Shown: positions 50,495-59,156 of the stretch, piece by piece | Position numbering within the stretch: position 1 is the stretch's first letter | How the letters are laid out: every line of letters starts with the position of its first letter | Source of the DNA: Patescibacteria group bacterium | GTDB taxonomy: Bacteria; Patescibacteriota; Patescibacteriia; UBA2591; JAQUPP01 | Length of the DNA stretch: 64,000 bases | Direction: 5' to 3' | NCBI GenBank assembly: GCA_041649955.1 | Contig: JBAZMD010000001.1 | Span: 68,079-132,078, forward strand | The notes under the pieces: generated by a model | Told to the model about the DNA's origin: nothing | Databases searched by the model: none | The model's input: only the letters and a program-made list of their open reading frames with translations | Made by a program: the position numbers and the translations under genes

Positions 50495-51214
50495 TTATTT
50501 GCTAAACGAATCCGTAGCTCGACGAGGAGCGCTAACCATTTTATCACTGTCAATTTGCCCATCCAACATATGAATAATTCTCTGAGCGTGTTCGGCCGTT
50601 TGAGTTTCATGGGTGATTAAAATAATTGTCTTGCCTTCTTTCTCATTTAATCGCTGAATGATTTCCATAATAATTTGTCCTGATTTTGAATCAAGATTGC
50701 CGGTCGGTTCATCGGCAAAAATAACTTGCGGATTATTAATCAAAGCTCTGGCAATGGCCACTCTTTGTTTTTCTCCGCCGGAAAGCTGCGAAGGCAAATG
50801 ATTGATTCTATGTGAAAGCCCGACTGACTCAATCGCCTTTTTCGCCATTTCATTCCAAAGCGATTCTTTAACATCGGAATAAAGAAGGGGTAATTTTACA
50901 TTTTCCAAAACAGTAGTTCGGCTGAGCAAATTGAAAGTCTGAAAAATAAATCCCATTTTTTTATTTCTGACCATGGCTATTTCTTTTTGCGAATAATCGC
51001 TGAATGGTTTTCCGTCAAAATAATATTCGCCGCCGGTCGGTTCATCTAAAAATCCCAAAATATGAAGCAAGGTTGATTTCCCCGAACCCGATGGTCCCAT
51101 TATCGCCACAAATTGACCCTCTTCTATTTTAAAAGAAGTATCAATCAAGGCCGGCGTTTCCACGCTGTCCGTATGATAAATTTTTTCCAAATTTTTAACT
51201 TCAATTAAAGACAT
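50495..51214 (-). CDS. ABC transporter ATP-binding protein (MacB/LolD-type)
   Basis: 239 aa; Walker [10 protein letters not shown], signature LSGGEKQR, Walker B IIFADEPT. Confidence 0.85.
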   Translation of the reverse strand: MSLIEVKNLEKIYHTDSVETPALIDTSFKIEEGQFVAIMGPSGSGKSTLLHILGFLDEPTGGEYYFDGKPFSDYSQKEIAMVRNKKMGFIFQTFNLLSRTTVLENVKLPLLYSDVKESLWNEMAKKAIESVGLSHRINHLPSQLSGGEKQRVAIARALINNPQVIFADEPTGNLDSKSGQIIMEIIQRLNEKEGKTIILITHETQTAEHAQRIIHMLDGQIDSDKMVSAPRRATDSFSK

Positions 51215-51348
51215 ATTAAAATTTCTAATTTTTAATTTCTAATTGACCTAAATAAATCCCAATGACCAATCAATTCTCAATTTCTAATTTGGGATTTGGA
51301 GCTTGGGTCATTATTTAGAAATTAGGTTAATTAGGTCAATTTATGTTA

Positions 51349-52983
51349 TTACTTCTGCGAAGTAATAACCTTGTCTCCTTCATTAAGTCCTTTAATAATT
51401 TCTATTTCTCCTTCCGAACCGCGCATTCCGGTTTCCACTTCAATTTCTTTAAATCCATCACCATCAACAATCTTTACTATTTTTTTGCCGTCTTTATCAA
51501 TAATCGCTCTTTGCGGAACGGCAATAACATTTTCATGTTGAGCGGCAATAATATCAATATTGGCTGTCATTCCGGACTTAACTCTTTCATCTTCATTTTT
51601 AAATTGAAAATTTGTTTTGTAAGTTGAAACTCCCTCAACCATTGTTTCAGCCGGATCAATTTTTACCAATTCGGCCTGCCAAACAACGCTTGCGCCATAA
51701 GCGTCAAGAGTCACATTAGCCAGATTGCCGATTTTAACTTTGGCAATATCCGCCTCGGGAATATTTGTTTCAATTTCAAAATTTTTATCGCTCATTATTC
51801 CAACCATCACGGTATTGGCCATAACAAATTCTCCTACTTTGGCTTCTTGTTTAGTGATCACGCCTGCAATCGGCGAACGCAAAATTAGTTTTTCCATTTG
51901 AACTCTGGTATTTTCCACGCTTGCTTCAGCTTGATTAATTTTTGCTTGCTGCGAAACAACATTGGCCTCGGCTTGTTTTACTTGAAATTTTTGAGAATCA
52001 ATTTGTTCTTTAATTGTTCCCGCCTTGCTTAAAATAAGCTCTTGCTCCGCCAAATTAAGACTTGACTGAGCGGTTTTAAGTCCTTCTTCCGCGGCGCTTA
52101 AATTAACGACTGCCGTATTCATATTTGTTCTGGCGATTGAAGTATTTGATTTATAAGTATCAATTGTCGTTTGTGAAATTCCTGAAATCGCCGGCGTTAA
52201 ACCGTTAACCACATTGGCGATTTGTTCTAGAAAAGAATTGATTTGATCTAAGTTTTTTTCAGCCTGAGATGAATAAATATCAAAATCGCTTGAAGCGGAA
52301 ATTTTATTTAAAGAATCATTCCAATCAATCAGCATATTTTCAATTAACATCCTGTCTTGTTCAAGTTTTATTTCTAAACTGAAATTATTCAATGAAAAAT
52401 TAAATTGCGGATCTGAGGTAGTCGGATCATCAAACATTTGGTCAATTTTATTTTTAATTGAATCATCTGATTTTGTGTAAGCATCTTTTAATTTATCAAT
52501 CAAATCGTTTTTGGCGTTTGCCAAAGATATTTTGGCATTTGCCACTTTGATTTCTTGAACCTGAATTTCTTCTATTCTTGTGCCGCTTTCCATTTCAGTC
52601 AATTTTGATTTTTGCGAGTCAAGCGCGGCTTGATATTGACTAAGCTGGGCTTGGGCACTTTCCAAATTGGCTTGGTTTTGATGAAGTTCGGTTAAAACTT
52701 CCGTACTATCAAGTTTAACCAATACTTTTCCTTTTTCTATTTTATCGCCGATTTTTACGTTAATTTCAATTACTTTGCCGTTTTTTTCAAAAGCCAGATC
52801 AACTGTTTCCACGGGCTTAATATGACCGGTAACACTGACTTCTTGAATAATATTTTGCTTGCTCAGTGTTATGGATTCAAATTGCTGTTTCTGCGGCCGG
52901 CGCGAAATAATAAAACCGCCGATCGCCAAAATAATAATGACTATTAAAATGATTAATTTTTTGTTTAATTTGGGTAAATGCAT
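51349..52983 (-). CDS. HlyD/MacA-family periplasmic adaptor (membrane fusion) protein
   Basis: 544 aa; N-terminal TM, barrel-sandwich/lipoyl halves flanking a very long coiled-coil hairpin. Confidence 0.75.
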   Translation of the reverse strand: MHLPKLNKKLIILIVIIILAIGGFIISRRPQKQQFESITLSKQNIIQEVSVTGHIKPVETVDLAFEKNGKVIEINVKIGDKIEKGKVLVKLDSTEVLTELHQNQANLESAQAQLSQYQAALDSQKSKLTEMESGTRIEEIQVQEIKVANAKISLANAKNDLIDKLKDAYTKSDDSIKNKIDQMFDDPTTSDPQFNFSLNNFSLEIKLEQDRMLIENMLIDWNDSLNKISASSDFDIYSSQAEKNLDQINSFLEQIANVVNGLTPAISGISQTTIDTYKSNTSIARTNMNTAVVNLSAAEEGLKTAQSSLNLAEQELILSKAGTIKEQIDSQKFQVKQAEANVVSQQAKINQAEASVENTRVQMEKLILRSPIAGVITKQEAKVGEFVMANTVMVGIMSDKNFEIETNIPEADIAKVKIGNLANVTLDAYGASVVWQAELVKIDPAETMVEGVSTYKTNFQFKNEDERVKSGMTANIDIIAAQHENVIAVPQRAIIDKDGKKIVKIVDGDGFKEIEVETGMRGSEGEIEIIKGLNEGDKVITSQK

Positions 52984-53001
52984 ATTTTATTTATTTGTTA
53001 A

Positions 53002-53238
53002 TTATTTAATTAATTCTGTTAATTTATCAAGTTTTTTATGAAACACGGAAACAATCTTGCCGAATTGATTGCTCGGAATAAGAATTATTGTTTCTGCCGG
53101 AGTCAAAAAAGCCACCAGCTTATCGCCGCTTTTTATTTTCAATTTTTTGCGGATTTCGGCCGGAACTACAATCTGTCCCCGTTCGCCGACTGTGGCGGTA
53201 TCAAAACAAATTATGCTTTCAAAAAAATCTTTTTTCAT
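53002..53238 (-). CDS. AbrB/MazE/SpoVT-family DNA-binding protein
   Basis: 78 aa; swapped-hairpin motif GQIVVPAEIRKKLKIKSGDKLV. Confidence 0.75.
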   Translation of the reverse strand: MKKDFFESIICFDTATVGERGQIVVPAEIRKKLKIKSGDKLVAFLTPAETIILIPSNQFGKIVSVFHKKLDKLTELIK

Positions 53239-53329
53239 AAATTTTTATATTAAATAATATGATTTATATGATACTTCATACAAATCATATTATAGCTAAT
53301 CTAAAATCTTCGTCAACCCCCACACCAAA

Positions 53330-53730
53330 CTTAGCGCTTGATTTACATATTATAAAAGTCGTAAGACGGAAGCCGCTTCGCTCTTATCTCTTCATATTAA
53401 AAAAGCCTTACGTTGAGTTGTGGTGTGGGGGTCAACCCCTCTGTGGACAAATTACAAATAACTCTAACAAAATAAATAGGGGTGAGAGAACTTGTCTCAC
53501 ACCCCCCTGGAGGATAACAGTGTATAAAGCTGTTATATCGATATTAGTGTTTTAAGGCGGTATTCCCCTATAATGGGACATGAGGACCTCCTATTTTTAG
53601 CAATTTAGGTAGCGCTCAAATTTGATCCCTTTCAGGATCTGGCTAGCGCTAAGCCATTGCTTTCATAAAAACCACCTCCTTTATATTATGATATAAACGA
53701 GTATATCACATTTTAAAATTTTGTCAACTC
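53330..53730 (-). ncRNA. candidate non-coding/leader transcription unit (promoter, two SD-preceded tiny ORFs MKAMA* and MSHYRGIPP*, multiple hairpins)
   Basis: minus strand: TTGACA-16-TATACT promoter at ~53712-53684, then AAGGAGGTG-8nt-ATG and ATAGGAGG-6nt-ATG; no ORF >10 aa on this strand. Confidence 0.3.
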
Positions 53731-53733
53731 TTT

Positions 53734-54135
53734 TTATTTAATTTTATCCACATTTCCATTGAGAATAATCGGTTTCATCGCTTCTATTTCATCCGTATAA
53801 TTCATTTTGGGAATCTGGTTTAATAAAAATATCTTTTTATTCAAGATATGCGCAAAAGCCATTTCTATCAAACTATTGCCGCCGATATAATTTTTAATAC
53901 CTTGCTTGTCTTTATTAATAACCAGTATCGCGTCGCACTTTTTTATTTCTTCAAAATATTCTTTAAAAACATCACCTTCAATTTTTGACCATTTATCTTC
54001 ATGATTAACTTCACCCTCGGCGTATTTTAAAATATCCTTTGGTGCAATCGCAATTAATCCTTTTGCTTCAAGGATTTTTTGAGTTTCCAATATTTCTTTT
54101 GAAAAGGCAATACTGCCGCAAATCGCAATTTTCAT
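53734..54135 (-). CDS. nucleoside 2-deoxyribosyltransferase-like (Rossmann-like) protein
   Basis: Start reassigned to MKIAICGSIAF (the ORF-track N-terminus translates a palindromic promoter region); ILVINKD...GGNSLIEMAFAH pattern. Confidence 0.45.
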   Translation of the reverse strand: MKIAICGSIAFSKEILETQKILEAKGLIAIAPKDILKYAEGEVNHEDKWSKIEGDVFKEYFEEIKKCDAILVINKDKQGIKNYIGGNSLIEMAFAHILNKKIFLLNQIPKMNYTDEIEAMKPIILNGNVDKIK

Positions 54136-54166
54136 ATTTTTAGTATAATATTTTTTAAAATTATGT

Positions 54167-54227
54167 CCACCCCACCACCAAGAAATTATACTTCGCGTTA
54201 AAAAAATATAATTTCTAGGTGGCGGGG
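54167..54227 (-). promoter_or_regulatory. palindromic operator-like site (ccaccccaccaccaagaaattata / tataatttctaggtggcgggg) overlapping promoter of 53734-54135
   Basis: ~21-bp inverted arms separated by 16 nt; -35 TTGACC and -10-like boxes within. Confidence 0.4.
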
Positions 54228-54281
54228 TCAATAAAAAAAATTGGGTGCAGACTAGTCAAACTAGTTCTGCACCCTGATATG

Positions 54282-54695
54282 TTATATACTCGCTATTTGG
54301 ATATTTAGCTCTTCCTGTTGTCTTCTTAGTGTGTCTCTAGCTTGAAAAACTAGAGAATTCTTATCTTCAATTCTAACCTTATTCAAAGATAAAGTTGAAG
54401 AGTTCTCAACAGAATTGACCGGTTTTACTATATTCACCTTTAGAATATTGAATTCGATTTTTCCAATCTCTTTTTTTACCGGTTTTACTAAAACCTGCGA
54501 AACTAATTCAACGGGCTGAGCAACGGTAGATAAATCATTATTACTTATCTCTATACTCATCGGCAATACTTCTGGCATTGTTGTTACCTTGCTTACAACC
54601 GGTGTAAATTTGTTTTCCAAATTTGTAGTAGAAGCATAAGCTCCTATGGCAGTAAACACAACAACAACTAACAGAATTTTTTGAAATTTATTCAT
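54282..54695 (-). CDS. secreted hypothetical protein
   Basis: 137 aa with N-terminal signal peptide; stereotyped promoter upstream at 54786-54818. Confidence 0.45.
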   Translation of the reverse strand: MNKFQKILLVVVVFTAIGAYASTTNLENKFTPVVSKVTTMPEVLPMSIEISNNDLSTVAQPVELVSQVLVKPVKKEIGKIEFNILKVNIVKPVNSVENSSTLSLNKVRIEDKNSLVFQARDTLRRQQEELNIQIASI

Positions 54696-55029
54696 TTAAG
54701 ACCTCCCGTCTTATTAGTTTTGCGAATCCTTTCTTTTTAGCCCGGATTCGCTTCGGCTATTTACAAAGAACTATTGTGTTATATATAATAGCATATTTTT
54801 GAATTTTGTCAACCCCCTCACATGTGGAAAACCATAAAGGGCATACTGTCTTTCGTTTTTTTATATATACACTGATTTTATCTTATCTATATGCTTATTT
54901 TTAACTTTATGCCTATTAAACTGTAATTTCCAAGAAAGACAATGGTTTTCCTTGTGAGGGGGCCAAGAGCAAATTTGGGGATAAATAAAAGGGGCGATTT
55001 CTCGCCCCCCGTTTAAATACTTACTATTC

Positions 55030-55473
55030 CTATTCTTTTAGCTTCTTCATCCATGCCTTTAAACATTCTTCTACTTTTGGAAAGTCCTGAAACGTTGTGT
55101 TATCAGGACAGGAGATAATAATGACCATACTCTTACGTTCTATGACCGGATGCACCAGAACGCACATATCTTCCATGTCAAAGATGTTAAATTGATCATT
55201 ATCAATATCCCCAACATTTACATATGAAGCTGTCTTCCTGTGCTGCTTATACTGAAAAGTAAGAATAATGCCGGTATCTCGCGCAACTTTAGGATTTAAA
55301 ACTTCATAATCCATTATCTCTTCAATTTTCTCGGCTCCATAGAACATCAACTTGCCCACTTTTATTTTCCGCTGCTCTAATAAAATATATTTAAGCGCGG
55401 GAATATTATTCAGCTCCTCATCTATCTTTTCCGAATCTACTAATACATTATTCACTGCTGTTGTTGCGCCCAT
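55030..55473 (-). CDS. hypothetical protein
   Basis: 147-aa ORF; stereotyped promoter at 55527-55558; GC hairpin terminator ggggggcgagaaatcgcccc downstream. Confidence 0.45.
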   Translation of the reverse strand: MGATTAVNNVLVDSEKIDEELNNIPALKYILLEQRKIKVGKLMFYGAEKIEEIMDYEVLNPKVARDTGIILTFQYKQHRKTASYVNVGDIDNDQFNIFDMEDMCVLVHPVIERKSMVIIISCPDNTTFQDFPKVEECLKAWMKKLKE

Positions 55474-55585
55474 TATTGCCCCCCCCTTTTTTTTCTATTC
55501 AACGAACTTTAATTTTTATATGTTTTAATTATAGCATATTTTTGATTTTTGTCAATAGATTGAAAAAAGGCGCTTAATTATTTAA

Positions 55586-55795
55586 TTAATACGCCTTCTT
55601 ATTCATACAGGCCTCCAAGATTTCTCTGAATGTCCTTTTATCCGATTTATCCGCATTGGGACAATGAGAAATTGGTTCTATTGGTAAAATTCCTAATCCC
55701 CTTAAAGTTTTCCTAACCTCATCCGCTTTAATCGCAGAATTGGGATTAGTAGGAATCTGCCAATAACCTGGATGGTTATTATCAAAAATGTCCAT
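55586..55795 (-). CDS. hypothetical small protein
   Basis: 69-aa ORF with promoter at 55811-55844. Confidence 0.4.
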   Translation of the reverse strand: MDIFDNNHPGYWQIPTNPNSAIKADEVRKTLRGLGILPIEPISHCPNADKSDKRTFREILEACMNKKAY

Positions 55796-55897
55796 TTTTC
55801 CTCCTTTATATTAATAGCATAGCATAAAATTGAGAAATGTCAAGATAGTTAAATTTAACTGTAATTTTCAGAAAAATAATAATCCCCATATGGGGAC

Positions 55898-55926
55898 TTG
55901 ACAAAAATCGGAAAATATGATATTTT
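55898..55926 (+). promoter_or_regulatory. plus-strand stereotyped promoter TTGACAAAAATCGGAAAATATGATATTTT preceded by ccccatatgggg palindrome
   Basis: Same motif as the minus-strand promoters; AAGGAGG RBS 8 nt before ATG 55997. Confidence 0.5.
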
Positions 55927-55996
55927 AAATGTATATAAATCAGTTATTTGAAAACCAAAAAAAAGTAAGAAGTAAAGAAAGAAGGAGGAGGTGAAC

Positions 55997-56473
55997 ATGT
56001 TTAATTTATTGGTGGCAGCAATGCTTATAGCCGCTCCCAAGACATATACAGTTCAAGGGGGTCCGGGACTTAGTTGCGACGGTTTCATATTTAGGGGTTC
56101 GGTAGACTACGGAAAGGTTGGTCTACAAATTTCGGAGTCCATATATTACAACATCGAGAAGAGTTACAACTTTCTTCACAGAGCAGAGTTCAGAACACTG
56201 CTTACCGGGACTGATTGTGACTATTTCTTTGTAGGGGGAGCTATCAATGAAACCAAAGGAAAGATTCCTACTACTGGTGTGGGAATAAGTGCCGGAGTGG
56301 GAGGTAGATTCACTTCTTGGTTCATTATAGAAGTGGGTCTTATCTGGGAAGTGTTCGGGGAATTCGGCGGAACATACAAATATGTATGTGACCGCAATTC
56401 ATTTGATAACTCATCCAGTAATAAATCAAAGTACGGTTGCATTTTCAATGTAACTGTTCCTCTGATAAGGTGA
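55997..56473 (+). CDS. secreted hypothetical protein (the only substantial plus-strand gene in this island)
   Basis: Start at ATG 55997 (AAGGAGG 8 nt upstream) rather than GTG 55991; signal peptide MFNLLVAAMLIAAPKTYT; visibly less AT-rich than neighbours. Confidence 0.55.
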   Translation: MFNLLVAAMLIAAPKTYTVQGGPGLSCDGFIFRGSVDYGKVGLQISESIYYNIEKSYNFLHRAEFRTLLTGTDCDYFFVGGAINETKGKIPTTGVGISAGVGGRFTSWFIIEVGLIWEVFGEFGGTYKYVCDRNSFDNSSSNKSKYGCIFNVTVPLIR

Positions 56474-56479
56474 GAATTT

Positions 56480-56535
56480 TAGGGCCTTAGTCTATACACA
56501 TAATAGTATAGATTGAGGCCCGTTTTTTTATCTAA
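56480..56535 (+). terminator. rho-independent terminator gggcct...aggccc + T7
   Basis: hairpin followed by gttttttta. Confidence 0.6.
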
Positions 56536-56573
56536 AAAGCGTAATGGGCGACAGATTTTCTGTCGCCCATTGA

Positions 56574-56969
56574 TTATATTTGACATCCGGGATATCGCTC
56601 TGTGGGGATTCTTTCCCCGCCATTGTGATTTTGCGTCATTGCAATCTTTCGTTCAATGTTATCGCACCTTATACATTGAACACTGCCAAGTTTTTGAACC
56701 AATCGCAGAAATATACAGCAATCTTTCCCTCTGCCTCCTCCGCATTTTTTGATGTCGGTGATCTTTATTTCTTTTTCAAGTTCTATAACTTTCAGTTCAT
56801 CAGTTTTTACCGCTATTGCCGCAATAATGCCATCTCCAAAAAACAACACCGCTGTTTCGTCCAAATTGCAATGAGAAAATACACCTTGTATCGGACCTAC
56901 TAAATTACCACAACTGATACCTTCCATTCCTTTATAGGATACTACTGTTTGTTTCGGAATTTGTTCCAT
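56574..56969 (-). CDS. hypothetical protein with Cys-rich C-terminal half
   Basis: 131 aa; CGGGRGKDCC...CIRCDN; promoter motif at 57034-57067 supports this strand over the antisense ORF. Confidence 0.45.
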   Translation of the reverse strand: MEQIPKQTVVSYKGMEGISCGNLVGPIQGVFSHCNLDETAVLFFGDGIIAAIAVKTDELKVIELEKEIKITDIKKCGGGRGKDCCIFLRLVQKLGSVQCIRCDNIERKIAMTQNHNGGERIPTERYPGCQI

Positions 56970-57078
56970 TCATCCCACCTCCTTTTAAAAGATGCTTTTA
57001 AATCCTTAATTATTAGATTTAATTTGTTACTATTATTTAAGCAAATTTTTTGATTTTTGTCAACCCCTATTACAAAAA

Positions 57079-57825
57079 TTATTCTTTGACCAATTCAACA
57101 GACAAGCTTTCAAGAGGGATTCCTTGATATTGCTTTTTGCTTATCTCTTTATTTTCCAATAAAATATTGGCAATAAATCCCACTTTTTTTATTTTATTCA
57201 AATAATCTTCTTTTAATAACGCTCCTGCCACGCAACCGGATAATAACTCTTCATTATTTCTTTGCTCGTCCGATAATTCTTTTAATAAAACAATATCAGA
57301 AACATACATTCTGCCTCCTCTTTTCAAAACCCTATAAGCTTCTTTAAACGTTTTTTCTTTATCCGGAGTAAGATTTATGACGCAGTTTGTTATTATAACA
57401 TCCACGGTATTGTCTTTAATCGGCAGATTTTCTATTTCTCCTAAAATAAATTCTAAATTTTTTAAATTATTATTTTTGGCGATTGATTTTGCTCTTTCAA
57501 CCATTGCCTCGGTCATATCTATTCCGATAACTTTGCCGTTTTCACCAACTTTTTTTGCGGCCAAGAAACAATCAATACCAGCCCCTGATCCCAAATCCAA
57601 AACCGTATCCCCTTCTTTTATCTTGCTTAGAGCTACCGGATTCCCGCAGCCAAGACCAAGATTCGCGCTCCCTGCTACTTTGAGATCATTTTCCGAATAT
57701 CCTATATCTTTTGAAATATTAACGCCTTTTCCGCAACTACAGCTGCAACCGCATTGAGAACCGCTCTTCGCCAATTCTTCATATTTACTTTTTACGATTT
57801 GTTTTATATCTTTAGAATTTTTCAT
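57079..57825 (-). CDS. arsM: arsenite S-adenosylmethionine methyltransferase-like (ArsM family)
   Basis: 248 aa; N-terminal Cys cluster CGCSCSCG, NLGLGCGNP, motif I LDLGSGAGID, conserved C in LSGCVAGAL. Confidence 0.75.
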   Translation of the reverse strand: MKNSKDIKQIVKSKYEELAKSGSQCGCSCSCGKGVNISKDIGYSENDLKVAGSANLGLGCGNPVALSKIKEGDTVLDLGSGAGIDCFLAAKKVGENGKVIGIDMTEAMVERAKSIAKNNNLKNLEFILGEIENLPIKDNTVDVIITNCVINLTPDKEKTFKEAYRVLKRGGRMYVSDIVLLKELSDEQRNNEELLSGCVAGALLKEDYLNKIKKVGFIANILLENKEISKKQYQGIPLESLSVELVKE

Positions 57826-57952
57826 AATTTAATTTTGCTTATAATATTTTATATTTTTAGTATAGCAAATTTAAATAAAAAAATATAGCAGCTTGTTTTG
57901 AATAAATTTTAAATGGGGAAAAGCTTTTGCCTTTCCCCATTTCCTTCAATTA

Positions 57953-58384
57953 TTATTTTCTAAATGTCAGAGAAGAGAAGAAAGCAGGCAAGGCCTCAAT
58001 AATACGGCGCCGAAAATCAGCCTCTACTTCTAAAAATGGTTTCTCTTCTTGGATAGCCACTTTTAACATCCCGAATGTATTACCAATTAGAGCTCGGTGA
58101 CCCATTTCGTCTTCTACTTCCTTAAGTTCATCCTGATATTTCTGAAGTCCTAATTTGATGCTCATTACCAAACCATCTATCCTGGCAGGCTGATTTGAGA
58201 ATTTAACAATTTGCAAGACCTGGTATATATGTTTTAAGGTATCTTCCTGAATCCGCTTAACTTCTACTGTATAAAAATTACTATTTTTTTGGGCTAACCT
58301 TAATACATCTTGTTCTCTTTCCAGAATTTCTTTTATCTCTTCCCACTGTTTTTGATAAAGAACTTCTTTGCTCATTTCAATCAC
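57953..58384 (-). CDS. hypothetical protein
   Basis: 143-aa ORF with promoter at 58411-58435 and hairpin terminator 57912-57942. Confidence 0.45.
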   Translation of the reverse strand: MIEMSKEVLYQKQWEEIKEILEREQDVLRLAQKNSNFYTVEVKRIQEDTLKHIYQVLQIVKFSNQPARIDGLVMSIKLGLQKYQDELKEVEDEMGHRALIGNTFGMLKVAIQEEKPFLEVEADFRRRIIEALPAFFSSLTFRK

Positions 58385-58475
58385 CCCCTTTTTTTAATTA
58401 TTTAAAATATATCATAATTTTTACTTTTTGTCAAGACATTTTTGAATAATAAAAAAAGATTTAAAGAATCTAGTT

Positions 58476-59066
58476 TTATACAGTGGCATCTCTCCTTTCT
58501 TTCACAAATCCTATCCGCTTGTTTTGTGCTGTCATTTTTATAAAGTAAGCGAGCGTTTTTTTATACATATCCATATGGTGCTGTTTGCGATCCTCAATAT
58601 ATGCAATTCTAATGCGCCGATATGAGAGCGGAAATGCTTGAAAATATTTCCAAGCATTCTTATTCCTCCGCAACGCCTTATAAATATCTTTGGGAACTGC
58701 AAATTTATTAGTTTCATCTATTTTCGGATTGAATGCATGCGCGATAGCTTTAAGTCCATATTTTGTCATCTTTTTTTCTTTTATGAGCTCATATATGCGC
58801 TCTCTATTCATCTGCGAAAGCCCGCTTCTTGATTTGCGCGGTGAAAAACGTTGCGCAAAACGCTCTTTGTCAATCTTTTTAACAGTGCTGTCAATCCACC
58901 CATAGCAAAGAGCTTCCAGGACCGCATCGTCATATGAAATACGAGGTTTCCCGGTTTCTTTGCGATAATATATAAGCCATATTTCTTTTTGGTTTTTATG
59001 ATTTTTTATCAGCCATTTCCGCCAATTTTTCCTATTGGTTACGTAAAGTGTATTTTTAATTTCCAT
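58476..59066 (-). CDS. YdeI/OmpD-associated family protein (DUF1801-like)
   Basis: 196 aa; WRKWL...EIWL, ALCYGWIDS, FKAL motifs typical of YdeI family. Confidence 0.75.
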   Translation of the reverse strand: MEIKNTLYVTNRKNWRKWLIKNHKNQKEIWLIYYRKETGKPRISYDDAVLEALCYGWIDSTVKKIDKERFAQRFSPRKSRSGLSQMNRERIYELIKEKKMTKYGLKAIAHAFNPKIDETNKFAVPKDIYKALRRNKNAWKYFQAFPLSYRRIRIAYIEDRKQHHMDMYKKTLAYFIKMTAQNKRIGFVKERRDATV

Positions 59067-59156
59067 ATTTTTATAATATCATTTTTTGTTCAAAAGTACC
59101 AGATTTAAAAAAAATCAGGGGCGAACATAAGTTCGCCCCTTTATAATTCTCTCCTT

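Noticed and set aside
53259-53555. 98-aa plus-strand ORF in the abrB-upstream spacer
   Set aside because: No RBS or promoter in that orientation; it spans palindromic hairpins; the minus strand carries the promoter/SD signals instead.
54136-54231. N-terminal 32 aa (MTPPPRNYIFLTRSIISWWWGGH...) of ORF 53734-54231
   Set aside because: These are a translation of the palindromic operator/promoter region. An internal MKIAICGS start is preceded by the promoter and matches the deoxyribosyltransferase-like fold.
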